Positions 47,553 through 57,800 of a stretch of 64,000 nucleotides of DNA are shown here, piece after piece. A program made the translations under genes and the position numbers. Origin of the DNA: an uncultured bacterium (lineage in GTDB: Bacteria > UBP14 > UBA6098 > B30-G16); NCBI GenBank assembly GCA_965552135.1, contig CBEVQY010000001.1, positions 1 to 64,000 of the forward strand, read 5' to 3'. The stretch's first letter is position 1. Each line of letters opens with the position of its first letter. Under the pieces are notes generated by a model, which ran no database searches, was not told the DNA's origin, and saw only the letters and a list, made by a program, of their open reading frames with translations.

Positions 47553-50096
47553 TTATCGTGCCACGCTTATCGTCCCGTTACAGACCACCTCACCGTCGAC
47601 GACGACCAAGTATATATAAACCCCCTGCGGCACAACGTCGCCGTTGTCGTCCGTGCCGTCCCAAATCCATCTGCCGCCCTCGGCGCCCTCTATCGTGCGG
47701 ACGAGGTGGTTGTAGCGATCGTAGATGTAAATCTTCTTCTCCGTCCGCGCGCTCCTCATGTTGGGGAACTTGAAGTATGTGTAGTCGTTGTAGGTGTCGC
47801 CGTTGGGCGTTATGGGGTTAGTTCCGCGGTAGCAGGGGGTTTCGCTCATCACGAACGTCCACGTTGTATCGAGCACGTTGGGACCGCAGTAGGCTGTGTC
47901 GACGGCGTCGGCTGCGCGAACCCTCACGGTGACAACCTCGTTGTCCAGAAACGAAAGCGACGCATCGGCGGTGTTGAAGCCAAAGAGGTTTTCGGTGTGC
48001 GAAAGATACGCCGTTACGTCGAAGGTGCCCTCGCTGTTTGTGACCCAAACCTGAACCGATCCCGTATCGAGCCCCGACACCGCCTCGGGAATCGGACCCT
48101 CATCGGAGAGGACGAAGGATACGTCGAACTGAACGTCCTCCACCTCCACCCCGGGCGCGGGCAGAGGGTTCGAAAGCGTTGGGTGCGTTGCATCGACGAA
48201 GAAAACCCAGCTGTACTCGGGGCTTGGGCTCCCGTAGATATCGTAGAGCGGAAGAAGGTTTACCGTCACCTGACCGTCGCTGAAGTATTGCGTTCCCGGA
48301 GGGTTGAACTCTATGGTGTCGTTGTAGAAGGTTATCTCTGGATCGCCGTAAACGAAGGGCTCGCCGTTGACGTAAAGCTTTATGCTGTCGGGAACTATGC
48401 CCAGCGTGCACTGGACGGCGATGAGGATCCTCTGGTCGACGCACGCGGTTATCGAGCTTTCGGGGGGATCGACGAGGAAAGCCTGGGGCGGCTCGGTGCG
48501 GAAGTAAAACCAAAGCCCGTTGGGCTGAACGTTGTTGGGACCACAGTACTCCTCCGAGGTCTTATCGTAAGCTCTAACCACCTGAACGTGTATCGAGTCG
48601 CCGTGCTCGAAGCTTATTCCAACATCGGCGGGGTTTATGTGGAGTGTGTTTGTTGCAGCCTCCCAGCTAAGACCGCCGCCCGGGAAGAGCAGTGCGCTTG
48701 TTCCGCTTGAGGTGGTCAGGCTCACGAGTAACGATGCGGAGTCGACCCCCGCGAAGTTGTCGACGATGACGGCGTCCACGGGCTGCCGTGGGTTTGCAAC
48801 GGTGCAGCCCGGCGCAAGCGACCAGCTCAAAACACGGGGACCCTCCGTATCGACGATAAAGTGCCACTCCACGGGCTCAAGCAAACTTGTGCCCCAAAGG
48901 TCCGAAACGCTCACGTAAACGTCCACCGTCTCAACGTTCCCAAAGAAACCCTCATCGGGCTGCCAGACGAAGTAAAGCGTATCCGAGCTCCTGTAGGATG
49001 TGATGTGGTCGGGGAACACGAAGGTTGAGCCGTTCACCGTTATTGTAAAGCTTGTGGAGTCGATGCCTGTGCTGTCGAAGGTAGCGACCCGTATGAACTG
49101 GTCGCTGCAGGCGACGGTGTCATAAAGCGGCGGCTCGACGAAATGCACATCGGGCGGAGTCCGCTCGGGAAGACCAAGCCCGTAGTACGTGGCAACATAC
49201 GTCGTCTCTCCCGGCGCAACGGGGCGAGGATACCAGTAAATCAAAACGGCGCTGTCGGTGTAGGGCATAAAGCTTGGGGTGTAATCCCAAACGACGTCGT
49301 CGTAGTCGGGCCACCATCCCACGAGGAACCTATCGGGGCGAACGGCGTCGTAGCCCGAAAGATACCCCTGCGCCACAAGGTCTGTGGGGTCCCACGGGAA
49401 AGGCTCTTCGCCAGCCTGCCAGTAGGCGGGAACCTCATCGCCAACGAACTCCTGCTCGACCGCCGCGTAACCGTAAGGGGTGGCGAGGGGAGCCCGGTCG
49501 TTGTTCCCAACCATCGTGTCCATCTCAAGAAGAACGCCAACCTGATGCGTCGTCGTGGCTGAGTTGTTTATGATGGTGTAGCGGATGTAAACAGAGCCAG
49601 TAACATCCCCGTAAGCGTTCACAAGGTACACGGGCTGAAGACGCTGGAGTATGGTGACGTCCCCTATAATCCATCCCCCCTCGATGTAGGATGAATCGCC
49701 GGGGAGGGTCGTTATCGAGAAGGGTATGTCGGGCGACGAAAGGAGCGTGTACGCCGATGCAGGCGAAGGGTGATCGCTGTAGCTGTAGAACTCACCGTCT
49801 ATCTGGAAGACGGCGTGCGATGACCAGGGGTCCCAGGGGTAGTGGTATAAGAGGCACGTATCGGGGAAGACGGGATGCGTCGATGAGGTTCCGATGTTGA
49901 AGCATCCGTTTTCGCCGACTGTGCTGTTGTCGACCTGAACGGCGACGTAGTCGTTTTCGATGGGACCCAGAAGCATCGTGCTTTTGCGCTGGCTTTGCTC
50001 CCGCTTCCAGCGGGCATACTCGGCGGGATCACGAGGCACAGCGAAAACAACGCCCACCAAAAGCAAAGACAAAAACAGTCCAAACCTGCGTCGCAT
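47553..50096 (-). CDS. Secreted multidomain protein with Ig-like repeats and a gliding-motility-associated (type B, CHU_C-like) C-terminal domain
   Basis: Signal peptide; C-terminal [43 protein letters not shown]. Confidence 0.85.
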   Translation of the reverse strand: MRRRFGLFLSLLLVGVVFAVPRDPAEYARWKREQSQRKSTMLLGPIENDYVAVQVDNSTVGENGCFNIGTSSTHPVFPDTCLLYHYPWDPWSSHAVFQIDGEFYSYSDHPSPASAYTLLSSPDIPFSITTLPGDSSYIEGGWIIGDVTILQRLQPVYLVNAYGDVTGSVYIRYTIINNSATTTHQVGVLLEMDTMVGNNDRAPLATPYGYAAVEQEFVGDEVPAYWQAGEEPFPWDPTDLVAQGYLSGYDAVRPDRFLVGWWPDYDDVVWDYTPSFMPYTDSAVLIYWYPRPVAPGETTYVATYYGLGLPERTPPDVHFVEPPLYDTVACSDQFIRVATFDSTGIDSTSFTITVNGSTFVFPDHITSYRSSDTLYFVWQPDEGFFGNVETVDVYVSVSDLWGTSLLEPVEWHFIVDTEGPRVLSWSLAPGCTVANPRQPVDAVIVDNFAGVDSASLLVSLTTSSGTSALLFPGGGLSWEAATNTLHINPADVGISFEHGDSIHVQVVRAYDKTSEEYCGPNNVQPNGLWFYFRTEPPQAFLVDPPESSITACVDQRILIAVQCTLGIVPDSIKLYVNGEPFVYGDPEITFYNDTIEFNPPGTQYFSDGQVTVNLLPLYDIYGSPSPEYSWVFFVDATHPTLSNPLPAPGVEVEDVQFDVSFVLSDEGPIPEAVSGLDTGSVQVWVTNSEGTFDVTAYLSHTENLFGFNTADASLSFLDNEVVTVRVRAADAVDTAYCGPNVLDTTWTFVMSETPCYRGTNPITPNGDTYNDYTYFKFPNMRSARTEKKIYIYDRYNHLVRTIEGAEGGRWIWDGTDDNGDVVPQGVYIYLVVVDGEVVCNGTISVAR

Positions 50097-50126
50097 CTTA
50101 TCGCCTCCTCGAACTAAAGTTTTATA

Positions 50127-50155
50127 AAAATATCCGCTGTGCGGTTTGGTGTCAA
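50127..50155 (-). promoter_or_regulatory. Sigma-70 promoter of the cargo/barrel operon
   Basis: Minus strand TTGACA-N17-TATTTT, followed by a GAGGAGG RBS. Confidence 0.6.
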
Positions 50156-50263
50156 CTCAAAAGGCGCACAGTCTCTTGCCGTGCGGGTGCGGAAAACTTT
50201 TCCCCTTGCGTTTTACGAAAATGTTGCAATTTTGAGATTAGGGTCCACGCAGGGGGCGCCGCT

Positions 50264-50446
50264 ATGGTCAGGAAGGAGCTTTTGGAGATACTCGTCTGCC
50301 CGCAGTGCAAGGGTGAGCTTGAGTACCGTACGGAGCCCGAGGAGGTTTTGATCTGCCACGCCTGCAAGCTCGTATACCCCGTCAGGGACGACATCCCGAT
50401 AATGCTGCCCGAGGAGGCTAAACCGCTTGAGGGGCAGGAGGTTTAG
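50264..50446 (+). CDS. Trm112/YcaR family protein
   Basis: [36 protein letters not shown]. Confidence 0.92.
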   Translation: MVRKELLEILVCPQCKGELEYRTEPEEVLICHACKLVYPVRDDIPIMLPEEAKPLEGQEV

Positions 50447-50448
50447 CT

Positions 50449-50937
50449 TTGGACAAGAGCATAGCAGGAAAACTTGCGGCAAGGAACCTGAAGCTTTCGC
50501 AGTTTTGCGGCTTCGATTTGGTCAAGCTTGAGCTTTCGGCGAAAAGCAAGGACGAGGTTTTGCGCGAGCTTGCGGAGCTTTTGTCCCGCTCGCCCAACGT
50601 TGAGGACGCAGAATCAGCGTACGAGGCGCTTGTGGAGCGCGAAAGCCTCGCAAGCACGGGGATGGGGCTTGGTGTAGCCGTCCCACACGGAAGAAGCCAC
50701 AAGTGCAAAGGTCTCACCATCGCCTTCGGAAGGTCAAGCGAGGGAATCGACTTCGATGCGTTCGACGGACAGCCTGTGCACCTTTTCTTCGCCATACTCG
50801 TGCCGATTACGGCAATCCACCTCCACCTGCAGATCCTGGCAAGCCTTTCGTGCATGCTTCGGGAGGAGGGTGCACGGCGAAGGCTTATGGAGGCGCAGTT
50901 CCCGCAGGAAATCCTCAATTTCCTCGACGGCGAGTAA
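50449..50937 (+). CDS. PTS EIIA (Ntr/fructose-type) domain protein
   Basis: SKDEVLRELA, ERESLASTGMG.GVAVPHGR, GIDFDAFDGQPVHLFF. The start is uncertain. Confidence 0.9.
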   Translation: MDKSIAGKLAARNLKLSQFCGFDLVKLELSAKSKDEVLRELAELLSRSPNVEDAESAYEALVERESLASTGMGLGVAVPHGRSHKCKGLTIAFGRSSEGIDFDAFDGQPVHLFFAILVPITAIHLHLQILASLSCMLREEGARRRLMEAQFPQEILNFLDGE

Positions 50938-50948
50938 AAAGCTTTGTC

Positions 50949-51755
50949 ATGAACCATCGCTCCGAGAGCGGAAAGGTTTTTGGGATTTTTCTTTGTGCCC
51001 TCCTTTTGGCGCTTGTCCTCCACAGCTTGCCCAAAAGGCTCAGGGATGGCATCTCCTCCCTCGTTCGCGACGGGCTTTATGCGCCCTTCGTTTGGGTCGA
51101 CTGGCAGTATCGCGTTTTGCGCAACAACCTCGCAAGGGAGCTTCGCCTTGAGCGCGAGCTTGCCAGAGCGCGGCTTGAGCTGCAAAGGCTCAGGGAGGCG
51201 AAGCTTGAGAACGAGCGCCTGCGCAGGATGCTCCGGTTTCGGGAGGCTTTCGATTACGATCTCATCGTCGCCGAGGTTGTTGGCACGGGGACGGCGCGGT
51301 ATCCCTCGGCTGTGGTCGTCGCCCGCGGCGCAGCCGACGGCGTCAAGCCATCGATGCCGGCGCTTACGCCCCAGGGCGTTGTGGGGAAGGTGGCAAGCGT
51401 GGGGAAACACACCGCCGTGGTCCAGCTCATAACCGACCCTGCGACGAAGCTTGCCGCAATCGACCAGCGCAGCCGCATAAGCGGCATAGTCGAGGCGGAG
51501 CCGGGCGGGATGCTCGTTATGTCGCGCGTGCCCAAAGGCGAGGACGTCGCCGTGGGCGATAGGATCGTAACGTCGGGCTACGGAGGGATCTTCCCAAAGG
51601 GGCTTTTGATAGGTCATGTCGTTTCTGTGTCTGATCCGCCCGAGGGGATATTCAAGCGCATCGAGCTGGAGCCTGCGGCAAAGCTTGGCAGGCTCGAGGA
51701 GGTCTTTTTACTTGTGGGCGCTCCCTCGGCCGCAGACTCAGAGCGCGCTCGCTAA
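50949..51755 (+). CDS. mreC: Rod shape-determining protein MreC
   Basis: N-terminal TM helix, ENERLRRML, GVVGKV, VQLITD, VGDRIVTSGYGGIFPKGL.IG.V, LEEV. Confidence 0.92.
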   Translation: MNHRSESGKVFGIFLCALLLALVLHSLPKRLRDGISSLVRDGLYAPFVWVDWQYRVLRNNLARELRLERELARARLELQRLREAKLENERLRRMLRFREAFDYDLIVAEVVGTGTARYPSAVVVARGAADGVKPSMPALTPQGVVGKVASVGKHTAVVQLITDPATKLAAIDQRSRISGIVEAEPGGMLVMSRVPKGEDVAVGDRIVTSGYGGIFPKGLLIGHVVSVSDPPEGIFKRIELEPAAKLGRLEEVFLLVGAPSAADSERAR

Positions 51756-53762
51756 GGCGTAAGCCACCATCGATGCCCCCCACGCCACAGCGGACGACAC
51801 CGCCGCGGAGATGAGCGCCCAGCGTGTTCCACCCCCTTCGGAGCGAATCGCGGCGAGGGTTGCAACACAGGGCGTGTAGAGCATGGCGAAGACCAAAAAC
51901 GCCCAGGCAGTGGGCTTGGGGAACTCGTGCGAAAGCACATCGGGGAGGTTTTCCTCTCCGCCGTAGAGCACCCCCAGCGACGACACAACGACCTCCTTCG
52001 CCAAGAAGCCAAAGACGAGCGCCACCACCCCCTTCCAGCCGAACCCCTGCGGCGCAAAGACCGGCGCAACGAGCTTGCCGAGCTTGCCGACGTAGCTGTC
52101 TTCGGATGCGTAGGGGACGCCGGGCGGGAGGTTCCCCAAAAGCCAGATGAACACCGCGCCCACAAGGATCACGGTCCCGGCCTTGCGTATGAAAGCAAAG
52201 CTTCTTATCCACGTGTGTCTGAGTATGACGCGCATTGCGGGCGTGTGATACTGCGGCAGCTCCATCACGAAAGGCGACGAAAGCCCGCCCAAGACAAGTC
52301 TTTTGAGCACAAACGCCACCAAAAGCGCCGCAACGATGCCTAAAACGTACATCCCGAAGACGACGACGGAGGGATTTTGCGGGAACAGCACCGACGCGAA
52401 AAGCACGAGCGCAGGGAGCCTCGCCGAGCAGGGCACGAATGGTAGCACAAGCATAGTCGTGAGTCTGTCGCGGGGGTCGCGCAGGGTGCGGGTTGCCATC
52501 ACCGCGGGAACGCTGCAGCCAAAACCCAAAAGCATCGGGATAAAGCTTTTGCCGTGCAGACCAAAGCGGTGCATAACCCTGTCCATAAGGAACGCCGCGC
52601 GGGAGATATATCCGGAATCCTCAAGCAAACCCACGAGGAAGAAGAGCACGGCGATATTTGGCAGGAAGACGAGCACGCTGCCCACGCCGCCAATGATCCC
52701 GTCCGAAAGGAGCGACGCGAAAAGCTTTGATCCTCCCAGGGCGATAACCGCATCTGCTGCGGCGGATGCCAGGTAGGTAAAGGCGGACTCGAGCAGGTCG
52801 GCGAAAAAGCCACCCACCGTGAAGGTAAGGTAGAACAGGACGAACATCACAGCGAAGAATATCGGGAATCCAAGCCACTTACTAAGGACAATATCGTCGA
52901 TTCTCTGCGAGATCGACTTTTTGGGCTTGCCCGGGGCTTTCGCCACCTCCCTAAAAAGCCCCGAAGCCCAGGCGTACCTCGACTGCGCCATAACGGACCT
53001 TATGTCCGTTCCGAAGAGCTTCTCGAGCCCCGCGCGCACATCGTCCACAAGCGCAACAAGCTCATCCTTCTGAGGAAAGCTTTCTGTGATATCGCGGGTG
53101 ATTTCCTCGTCGCCCTCAAGGAGCTTTTCCACAACGTATCGCCTTATGTGGCATCTGGGTGCGAACTCGGCGCCGGCAAGCTTCAACCTCTCCTCGATCC
53201 TGCCCAAAGCCTCCTCCACATCGTCGGCGAAGATAAGGGGTTTTGGGTGGGAGCGCTCCTGTGCAAGCCTCACGATCTCGTCCAAAAGCCTTTGTGTGCC
53301 CTCGCCTTTTGTCCCGACCGTTGGCACAACGGGAGCGCCCAGAATCTCCGCAAGCTTGTCGACGTCTATCTCCATCCCCGCAGCCCTGGCAAGGTCGAAC
53401 ATGTTGAGGGCGATGACCGTCGGATGCCCGATCTCTATCACCTGCGCAACAAGATACAGGTTCCTCTCGAGGTTCGACGCATCGACGACTGTGAGCACAA
53501 CGTCGGGATGCTCGTATAGCAAGAAATCGCGTGCAATTCGCTCTTCGGGTGAGAAGGCTGTGAGGGAGTAGGTTCCCGGCAGGTCGACGAACCGAAGCAG
53601 CTTGCCGCGCCAGCGCTTCCTGCCCTCAAGCTTTTCGACGGTCACGCCGGGCCAGTTCCCAACCCTCTGCGCGGAACCCGTTATGGCGTTGAATATCGTG
53701 GTCTTCCCGGAGTTCGGGTTCCCCGCAACCGCAACGATTATTTCGGATACGTCGCGCCTCAT
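51738..53762 (-). CDS. feoB: Ferrous iron transport protein B
   Basis: GNPNSGKTT, VGNWPGVTVEK, DLPGTYSL, DASNLERNL, LEDSGY..RAAF.MD, GFGCSVPA, PCSARLP, FVMELP.Y, LYTPCVA. Confidence 0.97.
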   Translation of the reverse strand: MRRDVSEIIVAVAGNPNSGKTTIFNAITGSAQRVGNWPGVTVEKLEGRKRWRGKLLRFVDLPGTYSLTAFSPEERIARDFLLYEHPDVVLTVVDASNLERNLYLVAQVIEIGHPTVIALNMFDLARAAGMEIDVDKLAEILGAPVVPTVGTKGEGTQRLLDEIVRLAQERSHPKPLIFADDVEEALGRIEERLKLAGAEFAPRCHIRRYVVEKLLEGDEEITRDITESFPQKDELVALVDDVRAGLEKLFGTDIRSVMAQSRYAWASGLFREVAKAPGKPKKSISQRIDDIVLSKWLGFPIFFAVMFVLFYLTFTVGGFFADLLESAFTYLASAAADAVIALGGSKLFASLLSDGIIGGVGSVLVFLPNIAVLFFLVGLLEDSGYISRAAFLMDRVMHRFGLHGKSFIPMLLGFGCSVPAVMATRTLRDPRDRLTTMLVLPFVPCSARLPALVLFASVLFPQNPSVVVFGMYVLGIVAALLVAFVLKRLVLGGLSSPFVMELPQYHTPAMRVILRHTWIRSFAFIRKAGTVILVGAVFIWLLGNLPPGVPYASEDSYVGKLGKLVAPVFAPQGFGWKGVVALVFGFLAKEVVVSSLGVLYGGEENLPDVLSHEFPKPTAWAFLVFAMLYTPCVATLAAIRSEGGGTRWALISAAVSSAVAWGASMVAYALASAL

Positions 53763-54184
53763 GTCCTCTCAGCCTCCCGTTCCTTCACCCACATCTCGAA
53801 CACGTCCGGGTGCGCCCCAAAGAAGCTTGTGAGCTTCTCGAGGGCTTCCCTCGTCCGACAGGATATAGAGTGCTCCATTCCGCACGCCTGCGGCAGCGCA
53901 TCGTCCTGCGGGATGCCGAGAACCTCGGTTAAGAAGCGCAGGAGGACCTCGTGCCGCCTGTAGATCGTCTCAGCCGAGCGCCTGCCGAGCTTGGTCAGGC
54001 GAACATAGCCGTAGTGTTCGTGCACAACAAATCCGTTTTGGGCGAGCCTGCGCACCGCAGCCGTAACGCTGGGCGGCTTCACGCAAAGAAGACCCGCTAT
54101 GTCCCTCACCCGCGCAAAGCCAAACCTGCCCTCCAGAATGTAGATCGCCTCGAGATAATCCTCCAGAGTGCGCGAAACCTTCAT
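53759..54184 (-). CDS. DtxR/MntR family metal-dependent transcriptional regulator
   Basis: EDYLEAIY, ARVRDIA..L.VKPPSVT, YRRHEVL..FL, ACGMEH.IS. The stop overlaps the feoB ATG. Confidence 0.93.
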   Translation of the reverse strand: MKVSRTLEDYLEAIYILEGRFGFARVRDIAGLLCVKPPSVTAAVRRLAQNGFVVHEHYGYVRLTKLGRRSAETIYRRHEVLLRFLTEVLGIPQDDALPQACGMEHSISCRTREALEKLTSFFGAHPDVFEMWVKEREAERT

Positions 54185-54198
54185 CGACCCCCCTTTTG

Positions 54199-54231
54199 TT
54201 AAAACATTCTAATAATTTTAGTAAAACCTCA
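54199..54231. promoter_or_regulatory. Candidate tandem DtxR/SirR-like operator boxes
   Basis: AT-rich island with TTAA-N6-CTAA (54199-54212) and TTAG-N6-CTCA (54218-54231), immediately upstream of the regulator-feoB operon. Confidence 0.5.
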
Positions 54232-54255
54232 AAAATGCAACAGAAAAGTGGGCGA

Positions 54256-54285
54256 TTGACAGCGACCCTGCCGCTTGCTTATCTT
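54256..54285 (+). promoter_or_regulatory. Candidate sigma-70 promoter of hypD
   Basis: TTGACA-N18-TATCTT, then a GGAGGT RBS. Confidence 0.5.
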
Positions 54286-54308
54286 TTCGGCGCAGCGGAG
54301 GTGGTTTT

Positions 54309-55376
54309 GTGATCGGCGCTGGCGCCTTCGAGGAGGCTTGTCGGCGGATAAAGCGGATGGTAGGCGACGGGCGTGTGCGTCTTATGGAGGTTTGTGGTAC
54401 GCACACGGTTTCGATCTCCCGCGCCGGGCTCAGGTCGCTTCTTGCGCCGCAGGTGGAGCTGATATCGGGACCGGGTTGCCCCGTTTGCGTCACCGCGGCG
54501 CCCGATATCGCAAAGACCCTGTGGCTCGCCGAAAGCGGAAAGACCGTCGTCACATTCGGCGATATGATGAAGGTCCCCGTCGACGGGCGCTCGCTGTTCG
54601 ACCTGCGCGCTTCGGGCGCAGACGTCAGGGTCGTCTACTCACCGATGGAAGCCGTCGAGATCGCGCAGGAGAGTCCCGGGAAGGAGGTCGTTTTCATCGG
54701 CGTGGGCTTCGAGACGACCGCGCCGACCATAGCGGCGGCTATCGTAACCGCAAAGCAAAGAAAGCTTGGGAACTTTTCGGTGTTTGTGGCGCTTAAAACT
54801 ATCCCGAAGCCTTTGGAGATCATCTGTCAGTCGCCCAAGATCGGCGTGGACGGTTTCATTCTGCCGGGGCACGTGAGCGCCGTCATCGGGTCTGAGCCGT
54901 ATGGGTTCATTGCGGAGCGCTACCACAGACCCGGCGTCATCACAGGGTTCGAGCCCGAGGACGTAATCGACGGCGTCTACAGGCTCGTCGGGATGCTTTC
55001 ACGCGGCGAGGCGAGGATAGAGATATCCTACAGCCGCGTCGTTCGCCCCGAGGGGAACAGGGCGGCGCAAAAGCTTATGCACAAAGTCTTCGAGCCGTGC
55101 GACTCAAACTGGCGGGGGATAGGGATGCTGCCTCAGTCCGGGCTTAAGATGCGCAGGGAGTTTTTGGAGTTCGACGCGCAAAGCCGCTTCGGGATCCCCG
55201 ACTTCCCCAACGCCCGCGACAATCCCGCCTGCCGATGCGCGGACGTCATCCTGGGCGTGGCAAAGCCAACCCAATGCCCCCTTTTCGCCAAAGCTTGCAC
55301 GCCGCAGCACCCGCAGGGACCGTGTATGATATCCTCCGAGGGAGCTTGCGCGGCATACTACAAATACGGCGAATGA
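54309..55376 (+). CDS. hypD: Hydrogenase maturation protein HypD
   Basis: MEVCGTHT, GPGCPVCV, GFETTAP, LPGHVS, CPLF..CTP..P.GPCMISSEGACAAYY. Confidence 0.97.
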   Translation: MIGAGAFEEACRRIKRMVGDGRVRLMEVCGTHTVSISRAGLRSLLAPQVELISGPGCPVCVTAAPDIAKTLWLAESGKTVVTFGDMMKVPVDGRSLFDLRASGADVRVVYSPMEAVEIAQESPGKEVVFIGVGFETTAPTIAAAIVTAKQRKLGNFSVFVALKTIPKPLEIICQSPKIGVDGFILPGHVSAVIGSEPYGFIAERYHRPGVITGFEPEDVIDGVYRLVGMLSRGEARIEISYSRVVRPEGNRAAQKLMHKVFEPCDSNWRGIGMLPQSGLKMRREFLEFDAQSRFGIPDFPNARDNPACRCADVILGVAKPTQCPLFAKACTPQHPQGPCMISSEGACAAYYKYGE

Positions 55377-55381
55377 AGTCT

Positions 55382-55410
55382 TTGACCAAAAGGGGCGAAG
55401 GGACTATATT
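55382..55410 (+). promoter_or_regulatory. Sigma-70 promoter of pyrC
   Basis: TTGACC-N17-TATATT. Confidence 0.6.
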
Positions 55411-55436
55411 GCGGGAACCGAGCCGAGGGGGACAGG

Positions 55437-56717
55437 ATGAAGAAGCTTTTGCTGCGCGGCGGGCACGTTATAGACCCTTCGCAGGGAATCGACAGGGTAG
55501 CCGATATCCTCATAGTCGACGGTGTTGTTGAATCCATAGATCCTCAGGGCGCACCGGAGGACGCGGAGGTTTTGGACGTTTCGGGGAAACTCGTCTTCCC
55601 AGGCTTTGTGGACATGCACGTCCACGGTCGCGAGCCCGGCAACGAGGACGAGGAGGACATCGAGAGCGTCTCCCACGCCGCTGCGGCGGGAGGCTTTACA
55701 TCCATAGTGCTTATGGCGAACACCTCCCCCCCCGTCGACACCGCCGACAGGGTTTCGTTCATCTACGACCGCGGCGCCACGGCGGCGGTGTGGGTGTATC
55801 CCGTGGGAGCTGTAAGCAAGGGTCTTTTGGGGAGGGAGCTTGCCGAGCTTGCCGATATGGCGCAGGCCGGCGCCGTCGCATTCTCGGACGACGGAAACCC
55901 AATAGCCGACAGCGAGCTTATGCGAAACGCACTCGCATACGCCGACCAGCTTGGGGTGCCCATCCTCGCGCACGAGGTCGATCCCTACCTTGCCGCAGGT
56001 GGGCAGATCCACGAGGGCGAGGTGGCGTCGCTGACGGGAATGAAGGGGATCCCCGTTCAAGCCGAGACGGCGCTTATCGCGAGGGACATAAGCCTGCTTG
56101 AGCTTTCCGGCGGGAGACTTCACGTCCAGCACATAACGACAGCCGCTGGGGTCGCCCTGGTGCGAGAGGCGAAGGGGAGGGGTCTTGCCGTAAGCTGCGA
56201 GGCGACGCCCCATCACCTTATCCTGACCGAGCGGGCGGTTTTGGATTCGGGCTTCGACCCCAACTTCAAGATGATGCCGCCCCTGCGCGGCGAGGACGAT
56301 GTTGCCGCTCTGCGCAGCGCCCTCGCCGACGGAACCATAGACGCCATAGCCACCGACCACGCGCCCCACGCAGCGCACGAAAAGGATGCCCCGTTCGAGG
56401 AGGCACCCTTCGGCGTCATCGGGCTTGAAACCGCCGCAGCGCTTGTGTGGACGAAGCTCGTCAAAACGGGGATAATCTCGCCCCAAAGGATGGTCGAGCT
56501 TATGTCGAAAAACCCCGCCGCAATCCTCGACCTTCCCGCAGGAAGCCTTGCACCGGGCGCCTTCGCCGACATTACCGTGTTCGACCCCGAGGCGCGGTGG
56601 ACCGTCGACCCAAGCTCGTTCTACTCAAAGTCCCGCAACACGCCGTTTGCGGGATGGAAGCTTGAGGGCAGGGTCGTTATGACCCTCGTTGCGGGCGAGG
56701 TGGTTTACAGACTTTAG
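55437..56717 (+). CDS. pyrC: Dihydroorotase (type I)
   Basis: PGFVDMHVHGREPG, AAAAGGFT, FSDDG, LHVQHIT, EATPHHL, KMMPPLR, ATDHAPH, SKSRNTPF. Confidence 0.92.
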   Translation: MKKLLLRGGHVIDPSQGIDRVADILIVDGVVESIDPQGAPEDAEVLDVSGKLVFPGFVDMHVHGREPGNEDEEDIESVSHAAAAGGFTSIVLMANTSPPVDTADRVSFIYDRGATAAVWVYPVGAVSKGLLGRELAELADMAQAGAVAFSDDGNPIADSELMRNALAYADQLGVPILAHEVDPYLAAGGQIHEGEVASLTGMKGIPVQAETALIARDISLLELSGGRLHVQHITTAAGVALVREAKGRGLAVSCEATPHHLILTERAVLDSGFDPNFKMMPPLRGEDDVAALRSALADGTIDAIATDHAPHAAHEKDAPFEEAPFGVIGLETAAALVWTKLVKTGIISPQRMVELMSKNPAAILDLPAGSLAPGAFADITVFDPEARWTVDPSSFYSKSRNTPFAGWKLEGRVVMTLVAGEVVYRL

Positions 56718-56749
56718 GGGAGCACGGGCACGCCGCACAAGCCGCAAGC

Positions 56750-57694
56750 TCAACACAAGGACGCGGACTTTCTGCGGTACTTCAGCACAAAGATCAGGAA
56801 GGCTATGGCGGTGTTCACAAGCTCGGCGAGCGTCATCCATATCCGCGTTCCGACGGATGCTGCGGCTCTGTTTGCCGCAGAAAGCGATGGCGGTAAAAGA
56901 AGCATAAAAACCCCCTCCCGAACGCCAAGCCCGGCGGGCACAACGATGCTGGCGTAGCCAATAACGTACGACAGGGGGAACCCTCCCATAACGGCGGGGG
57001 CATCTTTCAGACTTACCTGAGGCAGGAAGGCGGCGGTCGATATTGTGAGCCCAAACCCAACCCCCAGCCACAGCACAACGGCACATCCCAGCGCAACTGC
57101 GGCTGTGCGAAGCTTCATCGTGGGGGCCCGGGCACCGCTTATCCCCTTGCGGCGGAAGAAGAACGAGACGAGCGAGTGAAAGAAGCGCGGCATCATCAAA
57201 AGGAGCGAAACCACGACTATAAAGGGCGCGACCCACCACGGCAGCACCGACATCCCCCTAACCCCCGAAAAGACGCCGCCTACCACAAGGGCGGCAACCA
57301 CAATCGCAAACTGGTTAACGAAGGCGGTCGTTATGGCGCCCCTCTCGTCGATGCCCCAAAGCTTCGAGAAGTACTTTATGCCGAAGACGAACCAAAGCTT
57401 CCCCGGCACGTAGCGGAACACGTTGGGCACGTTGATGATGATAAGCGCCTGCGCAAAGCTCACCTCCGTCTGGTACAGGTCCTTCATTATCCTCTTCCAC
57501 GATGCCGCGGACACAGCCAGCGCCAAGGCTATGACCACAACGCCCAAAAGCGCCTGGAGCCAATCGGCTTCCCTCAAGGCTGCGCCGATCTCGCTCCACC
57601 CTGCCGCAAGCCGGCGGAAGACGAAGAAGAAGACGACGCCCGCAACCGCAAAGCCCAAAAAGACCCTTAAAAACCTTTTCCAACCCGTGCGCAC
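56750..57694 (-). CDS. Lysylphosphatidylglycerol synthase TM-domain / UPF0104 flippase-like membrane protein
   Basis: About 8 TM helices; RYVPGKLW, VPAGLGVREG. Confidence 0.82.
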   Translation of the reverse strand: MRTGWKRFLRVFLGFAVAGVVFFFVFRRLAAGWSEIGAALREADWLQALLGVVVIALALAVSAASWKRIMKDLYQTEVSFAQALIIINVPNVFRYVPGKLWFVFGIKYFSKLWGIDERGAITTAFVNQFAIVVAALVVGGVFSGVRGMSVLPWWVAPFIVVVSLLLMMPRFFHSLVSFFFRRKGISGARAPTMKLRTAAVALGCAVVLWLGVGFGLTISTAAFLPQVSLKDAPAVMGGFPLSYVIGYASIVVPAGLGVREGVFMLLLPPSLSAANRAAASVGTRIWMTLAELVNTAIAFLIFVLKYRRKSASLC

Positions 57695-57738
57695 AGGGTT
57701 AAAATATCCCCGCCGCCAAGCTCCTCAAAGCGAAATTG

Positions 57739-57759
57739 TGGCACAAACTTTGCTATAAT
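57739..57759 (+). promoter_or_regulatory. Sigma-54 (-24/-12) promoter overlapping an extended -10 element, upstream of degP
   Basis: TGGCAC-AAACT-TTGCT matches TGGCAC-N5-TTGC. It runs directly into TGcTATAAT. Confidence 0.7.
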
Positions 57760-57800
57760 TTCGTGCGGGTGGCTCGTTCGGCTAAGAAGGAGGTGGTGCG

